Shown: positions 10,585-20,461 of the stretch, in pieces
Position numbering within the stretch: the first letter of the stretch is position 1
How the letters are laid out: each line of letters starts with the position of its first letter
Origin: an uncultured Nitrososphaerota archaeon
GTDB taxonomy: Archaea; Thermoproteota; Nitrososphaeria; Nitrososphaerales; Nitrosopumilaceae
Assembly: GCA_963824385.1 (NCBI GenBank)
Contig: CAWGPD010000003.1
Coordinates: 1 to 64,000 of the forward strand
Length of the DNA stretch: 64,000 nt
Reading direction: 5' to 3'
Translations under genes and position numbers: made by a program
The notes under the pieces: model-generated
What the model saw: the letters and a program-made list of their open reading frames with translations, nothing else
What the model was told of the DNA's origin: nothing
Database searches by the model: none

Positions 10585-10807
10585 GCTTTAATCTACAAGA
10601 TGTCAGATAATTATGTATATCATTTTGATTGGTCAATTCTATACTACGTACCAGAGCAAGAGATTATACAATTTTTAAAAATTATCTACTTTTTTTCAAT
10701 AATTTGGAAAGAGTTATTAGAGCCAGAGGGCAATATTAAACAAAAATAGACGGAAATAGGTGATCAAACTTTTCTCTGTCGTTTCAATAAAAAGATGATG
10801 AATAAAT

Positions 10808-12133
10808 TTGACAAAATTTGAAGAACTAGGACTAAAGGATACAATACTTACTGCACTTAATGAAATGGGTTTCAAAGAGCCATTTCCTATTCAAGCAGGT
10901 GCAATTCCAGTATTTCTTTCAGGTCAAGATGTTATTGGTCAGGCGCATACTGGAACAGGAAAGACAGCTGCTTTCTCTCTTCCAATAATACAAAATATCA
11001 CTCCAAAAGCTGGAATACAAGCACTCATCATTGCTCCAACAAGAGAGCTTGCAGTACAGATATCAGATGAGATTGTAAAATTTTCAAGGCATTCAGGAAT
11101 TCGAAGTGTAACCATTTATGGTGGTCAAAGTATGAATGTGCAACTAGACGAACTTCGTAGAGGAGTAGAAATTGTAGTTGCTACACCTGGACGTCTTATT
11201 GATCACATCAAACGTGGCTCAATAAAATTACAGAAAGTAAAATGGGTTGTTCTTGATGAAGCAGACACAATGCTTGACATGGGATTTATTGACGATATTA
11301 AATTCATCTTGGATCTAGTTCCAGAGGATCATGTAAATGGATTATTTTCGGCAACAATGCCAGCTGCAATATTGATGCTGGCAGAAAAGTATATGAGAAA
11401 TCCACAAAAAATATTCATCGATTCAGATGATCTAAGTGGAGAGGGAATAGAACAGGCATTTCTTGTAATAAAAGATAGGGAAAAAACTGATTACTTGTTC
11501 AAATTTATCAAAGAAAATGGTGCTGGTCAAGCAATTGTTTTTTGTTCCACAAAAGATAGAACAAGAAGAGTTGCTCATGAGCTAGAGCAAGGAAGATTCA
11601 ACGTAGTTTCAATTCAAGGTGACATGTCCCAATTTAGAAGAGACAAAGCAATGTACATGTTTAAGAAAGGAAAAGCGGACATTTTAGTGGCTACTGACGT
11701 AGCAGCTAGAGGTATAGATGTACCAAAAGTTGCACTAGTGATAAACTATGATGTTCCAAATCAGGATTTGGTATACTTCCATAGAATTGGAAGAACCGCA
11801 AGAGCAGGAGAAAAAGGCAGAGCTATTACCCTAGTATCTTATTCCTCAATAGGTGATTTCAAGGCAATATCACGACAAACTAAGGTTCAGATGATAGATC
11901 TTAACAAAGAACTAGGAATTATAGTCAATATCCCTGATCCATTGAAGAGAGAAGTAAGTCATAGAAGAGGTTATGGCAGATCTGGGGGCGGTGGTGGCTA
12001 TGGCAGGTCTGGTGGAGGTTATGGCAGATCTGGTGGTGGATATGGTAGAAGTGATGATAGACGAGATGATAGAAGGGGCGATCGTAGAAGAACAGACGAT
12101 AAGAAATACTATGGTCTAAGAAGTCGCTGGTAG
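10808..12133 (+). CDS. DEAD-box RNA helicase
   Basis: Q motif, AHTGTGKT, PTRELA, DEAD, SAT, HRIGRTAR; Gly/Arg-rich tail. Confidence 0.97.
   Translation: MTKFEELGLKDTILTALNEMGFKEPFPIQAGAIPVFLSGQDVIGQAHTGTGKTAAFSLPIIQNITPKAGIQALIIAPTRELAVQISDEIVKFSRHSGIRSVTIYGGQSMNVQLDELRRGVEIVVATPGRLIDHIKRGSIKLQKVKWVVLDEADTMLDMGFIDDIKFILDLVPEDHVNGLFSATMPAAILMLAEKYMRNPQKIFIDSDDLSGEGIEQAFLVIKDREKTDYLFKFIKENGAGQAIVFCSTKDRTRRVAHELEQGRFNVVSIQGDMSQFRRDKAMYMFKKGKADILVATDVAARGIDVPKVALVINYDVPNQDLVYFHRIGRTARAGEKGRAITLVSYSSIGDFKAISRQTKVQMIDLNKELGIIVNIPDPLKREVSHRRGYGRSGGGGGYGRSGGGYGRSGGGYGRSDDRRDDRRGDRRRTDDKKYYGLRSRW
11969..12052 (+). repeat. Coding tandem repeat (GYGRSGG)x4 in the helicase tail
   Basis: ggttatggcagatctgg-type units repeated. 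Confidence 0.8.
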
Positions 12134-12175
12134 CAAACCGTTCAATATATTTAGGGATTCACAATTTTATAATGT

Positions 12176-12508
12176 ATGGATAAAGCAAAACCAGTAGATT
12201 CTAAGAACTGGGACAAAGAAGTAATGGCTTCTCCGATTCCCGTGTTTGTAGATTTTTGGGCTGAATGGTGTGGCCCATGCAGGATGGTAAGTCCTGTAAT
12301 AGAAGAGCTAGCAGGTGAATATGCAGGAAAGATCAACTTTGTGAAGGTTAACGTTGATGAAAACAACGAGTCTGCATCAAAGTACAACGTCTTTAGTATA
12401 CCGACCCTTGCATTATTCAGTAAAGGTCAAATTGTAGCACAACAAGTAGGTGCTGCATCAAAAGGATCCTATAAAAATATGATAGACAGCGCCCTGTCAA
12501 AAATCTAA
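12176..12508 (+). CDS. trxA: Thioredoxin
   Basis: DFWAEWCGPC. Confidence 0.96.
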   Translation: MDKAKPVDSKNWDKEVMASPIPVFVDFWAEWCGPCRMVSPVIEELAGEYAGKINFVKVNVDENNESASKYNVFSIPTLALFSKGQIVAQQVGAASKGSYKNMIDSALSKI

Positions 12509-12565
12509 ATCTTATCTTCTTTTTTCAATCTAAAATAATTAATACCGGTCAGGGAAACAGTCCAC

Positions 12566-13087
12566 ATGTCATTTGGAGATATTGATACTCTAAACCTCTT
12601 ATTTGATAAACTACAAAATCTACTAAATGATACTCAAGGATACTATGAATCATTTCTTGATGCTAATACAATGTACAAGCAGGGAAAGTTAACAGACAAG
12701 GAATTTTTTGCGAAACTAGGTGATTATGTTGTATCATATTCGTCATTAGAATTTCTATCTGTCAAAGTAATCTTTGAGCTAAAGAAATCACTTGATAAAA
12801 TATCAAGTGGTCGTACTTCTGGTTCAACCATGGCAAGTCCAATGCCTCCAGGTATGGGATCGCAGTCATCTCAAGTAACATCATCAACTTTGCCAGGACT
12901 TGGCCAACCTCCATCTATTATATCAGCTGCCGCAGCTTTCTCAACACCTGGTGTTTTACCACCGCCAGATCCGGCACTAATGCCAAAACAAAGTTTAGAC
13001 AGTGGTCTTGCATGTAATTCCTGTGGTTCTGCTGTAAAAGCTAATGCAAAATTTTGTCCCAAATGCGGAAATAAAATTCAGCAATAA
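12566..13087 (+). CDS. Helical N-domain, Pro/Ser linker, C-terminal double zinc-ribbon protein
   Basis: CNSCG...KFCPKCG. Confidence 0.8.
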   Translation: MSFGDIDTLNLLFDKLQNLLNDTQGYYESFLDANTMYKQGKLTDKEFFAKLGDYVVSYSSLEFLSVKVIFELKKSLDKISSGRTSGSTMASPMPPGMGSQSSQVTSSTLPGLGQPPSIISAAAAFSTPGVLPPPDPALMPKQSLDSGLACNSCGSAVKANAKFCPKCGNKIQQ

Positions 13088-13104
13088 AAAAAATTATTCT
13101 AGAA

Positions 13105-13474
13105 TTAATCTTGATTTGCACCGCATTCGGTGCAGAATTTGGCAATTGCTGATAATTTTGAGCCACACTCTGAACAGAATTTTGAGTTTGAATCAGTCTG
13201 AGTATTTACGCTACCATAAAGACCACCGATTGATTTCATAGACTCCTGTTGGTACAAACTTGTCATCATCTACTAAGGGAGTTGGAGCAAAATCTTTCTC
13301 TTCTACAAAATTCATAATTCTAGGCATCTGCTGTCCAGGATTTTTTGGATCAGGTACCATATCGCCTAACCAAAATGCAAATCTAGTTAATGTAAGCTCA
13401 GGTGTGGAAAAAGTCAATGTATGACTTGACATGTAATCATCAGCTGCTGTCTTACCGTTGAATACTTTCATCAT
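13105..13474 (-). CDS. Zinc-ribbon domain protein; apparent +1 frameshift at 13240-13244
   Basis: Removing one base (AGACT to AGCT) extends the ORF through TGAMKSIGGLYG into FCSECG...FCTECGANQD*. Confidence 0.8.
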
Positions 13475-13515
13475 ATGCACTAATTGTAATAGATGTATAT
13501 TGTTTTTTATTTAAT

Positions 13516-15438
13516 TTATGGACAACCGTTACACCCATTAGTAATAGCACCTGCAAAACTGGCTCCATTGATATTTGCACCTTTGAGATTGGCATCTGAG
13601 AGATCAACACCTGAGAAAACAATGCCATTAAGATTGGCACCGGCCAAGTTTACTCCTTTCAAATTGGCTCCTTGAAGTACAGCTTCAGTCAAATCTACAT
13701 CTTGGAGATTGGCATTGGAAAGATTAATTCCCTGCATGTTGGCTCCGGACAAATTGGCTCCTTGTAGATTAGCACCAGATAGGTTGATGTTTTGCATATT
13801 ATCACCTGAAAGATTTGCCCCCTTTAGGTCTGAAGTTGATAATACTGTGATACTAGTCTGATTAGATGTACTGGCATAAAAGTTGGGAGCGCCAGAATAC
13901 GATGCATGGATATGGTGTAAACCTACTGGCAATGAAGATGTACTAAAGGTAGATTGACCTCCAAAAATTGTTACTGGTCTTCCAGACTGTATATCATCAA
14001 TGTAGAATTGTACTGCACCAATGTTAGGTGTTGGTGATATTGTCGCAGTAAATGTTGCTACCAGACCAGATATCATAGAAGAAGAACTTGACGTTATTGA
14101 TGTAGTTGTTGATACTACTGGAGGCGTAAATGTTATCGAAGAACCAGGTGATATGGGAGAACTTGGTATTGTATTGTTTGACATTGGTTTTAAACATGGA
14201 ACTAAAATGGCCCAACCATGGGGAACTTCACCAACATAGCACTGGTATTTACCTGATGGATCATAAAGTTCTGTAACATATTTCCAGTTTTTATCAGCAG
14301 AGGACGATATGAAAAATCCAGAAGCAATATTTGAAACAACAATTATCATTACGACAAAAAAAATCAATCTAAAAAGTAGTGATTTTTTCTTGTCAAACTG
14401 TCTAACAACAAGTATGAATGAAAATATAATTGCAAATGATATGAATCTCTCTGCCATTCCTCCTCTGACTATTGCAGACCAAAACAATGTCGCAGTTATG
14501 CAATATAGAACAAAAATTTCAAATTTTACTCCGTTTCTAACAGAATTTAATAAAACAAATGTAATTACCCCAATTGGTATGATATACGTCCACTCTCCCA
14601 AATGTTGGAAAATGTTGTAATAGAAAACCTTGATTGCACTTGTGGAAAATTGCTGAACTGTTGATCTAACGATATCTGTACTAACCTGAACAATGGGAGA
14701 CTTGAATTGTTGAGAATAATTTGTATATAGAATTAATGTTTGTAATAATAGTAGACTTGTTGGTATTACACAACTAATTATTGTAATTAATTCTTGCTTG
14801 TTTTTTCTAATCTCGCGAATTATGACATAAATTAATGCAGGTAGAAAAACAATGGAAAAAGCAGAAGACAGAAATGATGCGGAACAGAAAAATGCATAGA
14901 GATACTTTTTTTTCTTGGATTGTTTTTGATACTCTTCATATCTGAATAACAATAATAGTGTAAATAGCATTGTGAATATGTTCAAAAACCACTGGATACT
15001 TGAAATGTTTGAATAAACTTCACTCATGCCTGGAGCTGCTATGATAAATAAAGAACAAAGAGCTCGCAGCATATCGTTTTTTATTATAAATCTAAATTGT
15101 TTGGCAGAAAAAAATACCGCACAAAGTGTTGCAATAATTATTGCTGCAATATTCATTGCTAGGTTGACATTGGCAATGCCAAACAAGTACAGGGAGAAAA
15201 TTGTTACAAGTCTTGGAATAAAATGCAAGTAAAAGTTGTAAACAACAAAAATACTTGCCCATGAATACTGGACAGCTTCTCTTAATAGAACATCCACATC
15301 TTCAACCCTACCAGGTTGAACCAACACAAAGATTGGTTTTCTTAAAATGAAAAGTATTATGCCTGAGAAGAATAGAATAGGTAAAAACCATCTGGACTCT
15401 ATATTACCAGAAAAAATTGTACGTATTTTACCACTCAA
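13516..15438 (-). CDS. Polytopic membrane protein (GT-C/GtrII-like) fused to an Ig-like domain and pentapeptide repeats
   Basis: About 11 TM segments with RVED and YLHFIPRL in the first loop; Ig-like segment (VQFYID, LPVGLHHIHASYSG); C-terminal A(N/D)LXX repeats. Confidence 0.75.
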   Translation of the reverse strand: MSGKIRTIFSGNIESRWFLPILFFSGIILFILRKPIFVLVQPGRVEDVDVLLREAVQYSWASIFVVYNFYLHFIPRLVTIFSLYLFGIANVNLAMNIAAIIIATLCAVFFSAKQFRFIIKNDMLRALCSLFIIAAPGMSEVYSNISSIQWFLNIFTMLFTLLLLFRYEEYQKQSKKKKYLYAFFCSASFLSSAFSIVFLPALIYVIIREIRKNKQELITIISCVIPTSLLLLQTLILYTNYSQQFKSPIVQVSTDIVRSTVQQFSTSAIKVFYYNIFQHLGEWTYIIPIGVITFVLLNSVRNGVKFEIFVLYCITATLFWSAIVRGGMAERFISFAIIFSFILVVRQFDKKKSLLFRLIFFVVMIIVVSNIASGFFISSSADKNWKYVTELYDPSGKYQCYVGEVPHGWAILVPCLKPMSNNTIPSSPISPGSSITFTPPVVSTTTSITSSSSSMISGLVATFTATISPTPNIGAVQFYIDDIQSGRPVTIFGGQSTFSTSSLPVGLHHIHASYSGAPNFYASTSNQTSITVLSTSDLKGANLSGDNMQNINLSGANLQGANLSGANMQGINLSNANLQDVDLTEAVLQGANLKGVNLAGANLNGIVFSGVDLSDANLKGANINGASFAGAITNGCNGCP

Positions 15439-15638
15439 ATTAACTGAGTTCTGATAGATCCACCCTTAAGCTTATCGAATATTCTATGACACTTTTCCAA
15501 TTTTTTATTTTGATTTTTTTAATTATTCACATATTTATTAAGTGTCAAGTTTGATGGATTCATCCTTTTGATTCATATTTCAAATGATCTCTTGATTAAA
15601 GAAAAAAATAATTAATACCCAAGTTTGGAATCAAAAGT

Positions 15639-16712
15639 ATGTCAAGAGAGAATCTGAAAGATTCAATATCACCAAAAATTACAATCTCGTGTCTGCTGTT
15701 AATTTGTGCGTTGTTTCTAGTATGTAATTATCTGCCAGTAGCAAATGCGTCTGAAACATATTCTTATCTGACTCAATGGGGATCTTATGGCCAAAATGAT
15801 AGTCAGTTTAACACAATTGGAGGTATAGCGACTGATTCCATAGGCAACGTATACGTAGTTGACACCAACAACAATAGAATTCAAAAGTTTACCTCTGATG
15901 GCAAATTCATAACTACATGGGGCTCGTATGGAAAAGCTAACGGAGAATTTAACGTACCAACTAGTATTGCTACTGATTCTTCAGGTAATGTGTATGTGAC
16001 GGATCAGTTCAATAACAGGATTGAAAAATTTGATAGTAACGGAAATTTTCTCACCGAGTTTGTTTTTAGCTCATTCTTTCCATGGGGCATAGCTGTTGAT
16101 AATACAAATAATGTGTATGTTTCAGATGCAAGCAAACATGTGATTTTAAAAATTGGTCCAGATGGCCAGCTTGTTACAACGTGGGGATTTCTCGGAAAAG
16201 CAGATGGCCAATTAGATACACCAAGAGGTGTTGCTATAGATTCGTCAGATAATGTGTATGTAGCAGATCAGGGAAACGACCGTATTCAAAAATTTTCAAG
16301 TGATGGCATATTCATAGCAAAGTGGGGAACCACTGGAAATGAAAATGGACAATTTAGCTCACCATTTGGTTTAGCAATCGATTCAAATGACAATCTGTAT
16401 GTAACTGATCTTAATAATGATAGAATTCAAAAGTTTACGTCTGATGGCAAGTTCATCACTTCATGGGGTCATTACGGTCAATCTAATGGAACTTTTGTTT
16501 ATCCAGATGGTATTTCGATAGGTACATCTGGGAATGTCTATGTAATAGACCAGTCAAGCAACCAAAATATTCAAGTCTTTTCAAACCAAAATTCTACAAC
16601 GTCATCAGTAATTGATGAAAAAAATTCCATTCCAGAATTTAGTTCAGCTGTCTACGTGATAGTTATTATTGGCATGTTAAGCACAATCATAATTCACAGA
16701 AAATTTCTTTGA
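15639..16712 (+). CDS. Secreted NHL-repeat beta-propeller with PEF-type C-terminal sorting signal
   Basis: Signal peptide; six F..P.GIA.DS.GNVYV.D..N.RIQKF repeats; IPEF + TM + basic tail. Confidence 0.9.
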   Translation: MSRENLKDSISPKITISCLLLICALFLVCNYLPVANASETYSYLTQWGSYGQNDSQFNTIGGIATDSIGNVYVVDTNNNRIQKFTSDGKFITTWGSYGKANGEFNVPTSIATDSSGNVYVTDQFNNRIEKFDSNGNFLTEFVFSSFFPWGIAVDNTNNVYVSDASKHVILKIGPDGQLVTTWGFLGKADGQLDTPRGVAIDSSDNVYVADQGNDRIQKFSSDGIFIAKWGTTGNENGQFSSPFGLAIDSNDNLYVTDLNNDRIQKFTSDGKFITSWGHYGQSNGTFVYPDGISIGTSGNVYVIDQSSNQNIQVFSNQNSTTSSVIDEKNSIPEFSSAVYVIVIIGMLSTIIIHRKFL

Positions 16713-16801
16713 TATTTTTCACATTGGGGTTAAGGATTCAAGTCCTGTAAGATTTGTTTTGTCATGTGATTTGAGGATCAGTTCCAAACTGTGTGTAGAA
16801 G

Positions 16802-16874
16802 TGGACTGGGGGGGATTTGAACCCCCGACATCCGCGTTGCGAACGCGGCATCACTACCCCTAGACTACCAGCCC
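16802..16874 (-). tRNA. tRNA-Ala(CGC)
   Basis: Cloverleaf; anticodon arm CCGCG-TT CGC AA-CGCGG; TTCAAAT T-loop. Confidence 0.95.
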
Positions 16875-16947
16875 TTTTGTTATCAAGAATTGTATCTGCT
16901 TTTATTCATTTACTCAAAGAATAATACTAGGTTTTCAAGCAAAATTC

Positions 16948-18345
16948 TTGATGACTGTTGATACTGTGATTACGGGATCACACGTTATTCTTCAAAATGT
17001 AATGGTAGACAAAAACATTGTAATTGATGAAGGAAAAATTGTTGCTCTGACAAATGACATTCCACAATGTGATATTAAAATAAAAGGAGACGGTCTTGTT
17101 TCTCTTCCAGGAGTAATTGATCCTCATGTACATTATGGAGTTTATTCTCCAATTGATGAAGCTGCCATTTCTGAATCAAAAGTTGCAGCAATAGGTGGAG
17201 TAACTACAATGATGAGAATGCTCAGACTAAGCGGTTCATACAAGAAGAATTTAGAATCTCATCTTTTGGCAAGCTCAAAAGCTCACTATGTTGATTATTC
17301 CATTCATGCATCTATACTTCATACAAATCAGATTGGTGAAATGGAATTTTGTAAAAGCAAAGGGATAACTTCATTTAAGATATACATGAATCTTGGCGAT
17401 GAAGTTGGACATGTCTATATGGACATGCAACCTGGAGAAAAATCTCTCAGGGAAGAAAGAGTGGAAATGACAAAGGACATGATTGAAAAAATTATTGCAA
17501 AAGCTGCATCTCTGAATTGTACAGTTCTAGTTCATGCAGAAGATTATCAAATATGTTCCTGTGGAATCAAGACTGCAAAAGAGAAAAAAATGGATGGACT
17601 TGCAGCATGGTCACAAAGTAGACCTGTCGAATCTGAAGTCAAGTCAATAAAAACAGCATCTGAATTTGCAAGAAAATATGGATGCTCTATCTATTTTGTA
17701 CATATTGGTTCAAAAACAGCTATTGATGCAATCTCACAAGAAAAGAAAAATGGAACAAAAATAAACACTGAAACATGTCCGCATTATCTTACATTATCAC
17801 ACGAGTCTCAACAAGGTTACCTTGCCAAAGTCATGCCACCCATACGTTCTTCTCAAGACATAGAATATGTCTGGAAAGAAATACAACGTAACAGAATAGA
17901 TTCTATAGGAACTGATCATGTGGCAAATCGTCTAAAGCTAAAAGTTGGTGGAGAAACAATATGGGATGCTCTTGCAGGATTTCCAGGAATTGGTACGATG
18001 ATGCCTATTTTATTAAGTGAAGGAGTAAACAAGGGAAAAATCAATCTTCAACAGCTAGCCCATATGACCAGCTTCAATGCTGCACAAATATTTGGAATGT
18101 ATCCCAAAAAAGGAATCATCCAAAAGGGTTCTGATGCAGATATAGTTTTAGTGGATTTAAAAAAGGAAGCCAAAGTTTCTGCCCACACTCTTGATGGTTT
18201 TTCTGACTATAGCGTTTATGAGGGTTGGAATCTGAAAGGGTGGCCTGTAAAGACTATGGTGAGAGGAAATATAGTAGCTGAAGACTTTAAAATGATTGAA
18301 AAACCAGGCTATGGCAAATTTGTTTCAAGACCCGTATTATCGTAA
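16948..18345 (+). CDS. Dihydroorotase/dihydropyrimidinase-family cyclic amidohydrolase
   Basis: PGVIDPHVH, HAED, ETCPHYL, GTDH, GSDAD. Confidence 0.9.
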   Translation: MMTVDTVITGSHVILQNVMVDKNIVIDEGKIVALTNDIPQCDIKIKGDGLVSLPGVIDPHVHYGVYSPIDEAAISESKVAAIGGVTTMMRMLRLSGSYKKNLESHLLASSKAHYVDYSIHASILHTNQIGEMEFCKSKGITSFKIYMNLGDEVGHVYMDMQPGEKSLREERVEMTKDMIEKIIAKAASLNCTVLVHAEDYQICSCGIKTAKEKKMDGLAAWSQSRPVESEVKSIKTASEFARKYGCSIYFVHIGSKTAIDAISQEKKNGTKINTETCPHYLTLSHESQQGYLAKVMPPIRSSQDIEYVWKEIQRNRIDSIGTDHVANRLKLKVGGETIWDALAGFPGIGTMMPILLSEGVNKGKINLQQLAHMTSFNAAQIFGMYPKKGIIQKGSDADIVLVDLKKEAKVSAHTLDGFSDYSVYEGWNLKGWPVKTMVRGNIVAEDFKMIEKPGYGKFVSRPVLS

Positions 18346-19011
18346 AACTTCGTATTTACCATTCTCTTTAGCTTTGTAAATAATATCTGGCTTTGGAAAT
18401 ATTCCAACCTCGATTACACCTGGAATCTCTATAATCTTTGCAGCAAGTTCTTTTGGATTTGAAATTTCGCCAAAATCACAATCTAGTATGATGTTTCCAT
18501 TTTCTGTTACAAAGGGATAGCCTCGTTCTAGTAATCTTACGTGCGGCTTTCCCCCATATTTTTTAATTTGAATTGCAGCAGTATTTCTTGCAAAAGGATG
18601 AACCTCTACAGGGACAGTTCGTTTTAGTTTCTTGACAAATTTTGATTCATCAGCAATTATTACAACTTTTTTTGCTATGCTTATCAAAATCTTTTCTCGT
18701 AAAAGGGCTCCTCCTCCTCCCTTTATCATATTTCCTTTAGCATCTATTTGATCTGCACCATCAAAAACTAGATCTATATGATCAATTTGATCTGCTTCTA
18801 TTATTGGAATTCCACCCTTTTCAGCTTCCATTTTAATTTGTAGAGATGTTGGTATCGCTATGACTGCAAATTTATTTTTTTTAATATGTGATGATAACAA
18901 TTTCACTATGGCAGTTGCAGCTCTTCCACTCCCAAGCCCTATAACATAATTTGCTTTTACCATCTTTAATGCTTGATGTGATAATGCCTCAATGGCATCA
19001 TCTGATGTCAA
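18337..19011 (-). CDS. rpiA: Ribose-5-phosphate isomerase A
   Basis: GLGSG, DGAD, KGGGGALLREK, TENGN. Confidence 0.96.
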   Translation of the reverse strand: MTSDDAIEALSHQALKMVKANYVIGLGSGRAATAIVKLLSSHIKKNKFAVIAIPTSLQIKMEAEKGGIPIIEADQIDHIDLVFDGADQIDAKGNMIKGGGGALLREKILISIAKKVVIIADESKFVKKLKRTVPVEVHPFARNTAAIQIKKYGGKPHVRLLERGYPFVTENGNIILDCDFGEISNPKELAAKIIEIPGVIEVGIFPKPDIIYKAKENGKYEVLR

Positions 19012-19995
19012 TTATTCTACCTCTACTTGCTCAAGTTTTGATAATGCTTTCATTATTTCGCTTTTTATTCTATCTAAATCCTTGTCATCATCTTCCAACT
19101 TCTCTTCTTCTGGAATCTTGATTGCTGCTGGAAGCTGAATCTTCTTTTCTGGTTCCTGTTGTACGATTTCAGGTTTTGGCAGTTCTGGAATTATTTCTTT
19201 AATCTCCTCAATATTTGCATGTGGTACTAAGATTGGTTCTTGAATGATTTCTGGCTCTATGACTTTCTCTGGAACCTGGATTTCTATCTTAGTAGGTCTG
19301 ATAAGTTCTGCAGGGAATTGTGGAACTTTGTTTGTTATCTCTGTTAAAGTGCTAAGCTCAACCATTCTATGCTTTTCATATGTTGGAACGTCAATAAGGG
19401 GTAACCACTCTGTTTTCTCCTCCTGCATCTCTGATATGACACTCTGAGTTTCTATTTCTTTTTGAGTGTCTACTTTTTGTTTTTGAATTTGGACATTTTC
19501 TGTTTGAATTTCTACTTTGGGTTCAATCTTCTTAGTTTGAAGTTTATCTAGGACTTCAATTGGTTTTTCTACTTGTTTTATTTGAGTAATTGTGTTAACT
19601 GTAATCTTTGTAGAAATTTCGTGTAGTCTTTGATCTAATTGTGATAGTCTGTTATCCATAAATGATATCAAACTATCTCCTACTGGACCAAGATCAGGAT
19701 ACTTGCTTGCTAATTCGAGTTTTTCAATCTTGGAAATAACAGTTCCAAGTTGATGTTGGTAACGAAGTAAAAGTTTGTCCTTCTGAATCTTTGAGACTTC
19801 AGATTCTTGTTGATGAAGTCTTGCAATGGTTTTTGATAGTATCTCTTTTTCCATTCTAAGTGAATGTAATTGATTTGTAATTGCAGAATTAATTGTAGGA
19901 GTTTGTTTAGTGCGTTTTATTTTTGGAACCTTGTCAAGTGCCACTGCAGTGCAGGCGCCGGCAACAGAGCTAAAAATTAGCGCTATTTCTTCCAT
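19012..19995 (-). CDS. Hypothetical protein: N-terminal hydrophobic segment, coiled coil, E/P-rich linker, C-terminal helix
   Basis: Long ORF abutting rpl37e and rpiA with no gaps. Confidence 0.75.
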   Translation of the reverse strand: MEEIALIFSSVAGACTAVALDKVPKIKRTKQTPTINSAITNQLHSLRMEKEILSKTIARLHQQESEVSKIQKDKLLLRYQHQLGTVISKIEKLELASKYPDLGPVGDSLISFMDNRLSQLDQRLHEISTKITVNTITQIKQVEKPIEVLDKLQTKKIEPKVEIQTENVQIQKQKVDTQKEIETQSVISEMQEEKTEWLPLIDVPTYEKHRMVELSTLTEITNKVPQFPAELIRPTKIEIQVPEKVIEPEIIQEPILVPHANIEEIKEIIPELPKPEIVQQEPEKKIQLPAAIKIPEEEKLEDDDKDLDRIKSEIMKALSKLEQVEVE

Positions 19996-20163
19996 TTACG
20001 TATACCATTTAATCCAGTTGTATTTTCTTATCTTAGCCTCTGGATAACCACAACTACCACATCTTTTGTGTCTTACATGATAAGAATTCTTTCCACATCT
20101 TCTACATCTGATGTGTACGTGCTTTCGTGTAAAGCCTCCCATTGAGGTAGTACCCTTAGTCAT
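19996..20163 (-). CDS. rpl37e: 50S ribosomal protein L37e (below ORF-track cutoff)
   Basis: MTKGTTSMG...[11 protein letters not shown].....CGSCGYP...RKYNW. Confidence 0.96.
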   Translation of the reverse strand: MTKGTTSMGGFTRKHVHIRCRRCGKNSYHVRHKRCGSCGYPEAKIRKYNWIKWYT

Positions 20164-20170
20164 AATTCAC

Positions 20171-20401
20171 TCACTTTGGTGGAGGAGATATGATTACTAC
20201 GTTGTCTCCTCGGACAACTATGGTTCCAAGACTTTTTGTCTCGCCTTCTGAAGGGATCTCTTCTGAAGATTCGAGTAGCAGGTTCATGTGTTGATCAAAA
20301 CCATGAAGATTACCTCTTATCACTTTACCGCCTTTTAGCTTGATAAGGACAACCTTGTTTAGGCTTTCATCAAGTACTTTTACTGCCATATCTACTGACA
20401 T
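20171..20401 (-). CDS. Sm-like (Lsm) RNA-binding protein
   Basis: [16 protein letters not shown]; canonical linkage to L37e. Confidence 0.95.
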   Translation of the reverse strand: MSVDMAVKVLDESLNKVVLIKLKGGKVIRGNLHGFDQHMNLLLESSEEIPSEGETKSLGTIVVRGDNVVIISPPPK

Positions 20402-20461
20402 CTATTTCACTTATTACACACTCTATGGAGGGTATATATTAAAATTTCATTGGTGTAATCT

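Noticed and set aside
13530..13830. 15-bp periodic repeats as a possible CRISPR or other DNA repeat
   Set aside because: Degenerate coding periodicity of pentapeptide repeats; no identical repeats with unique spacers and no cas genes
15760..16580. Recurring AGAATTCAAAAGTTTAC.TCTGATGGCAA segments
   Set aside because: Explained by NHL protein repeats
13490..16874. Provirus or integrative element at tRNA-Ala
   Set aside because: No integrase, att duplication or viral genes were detected
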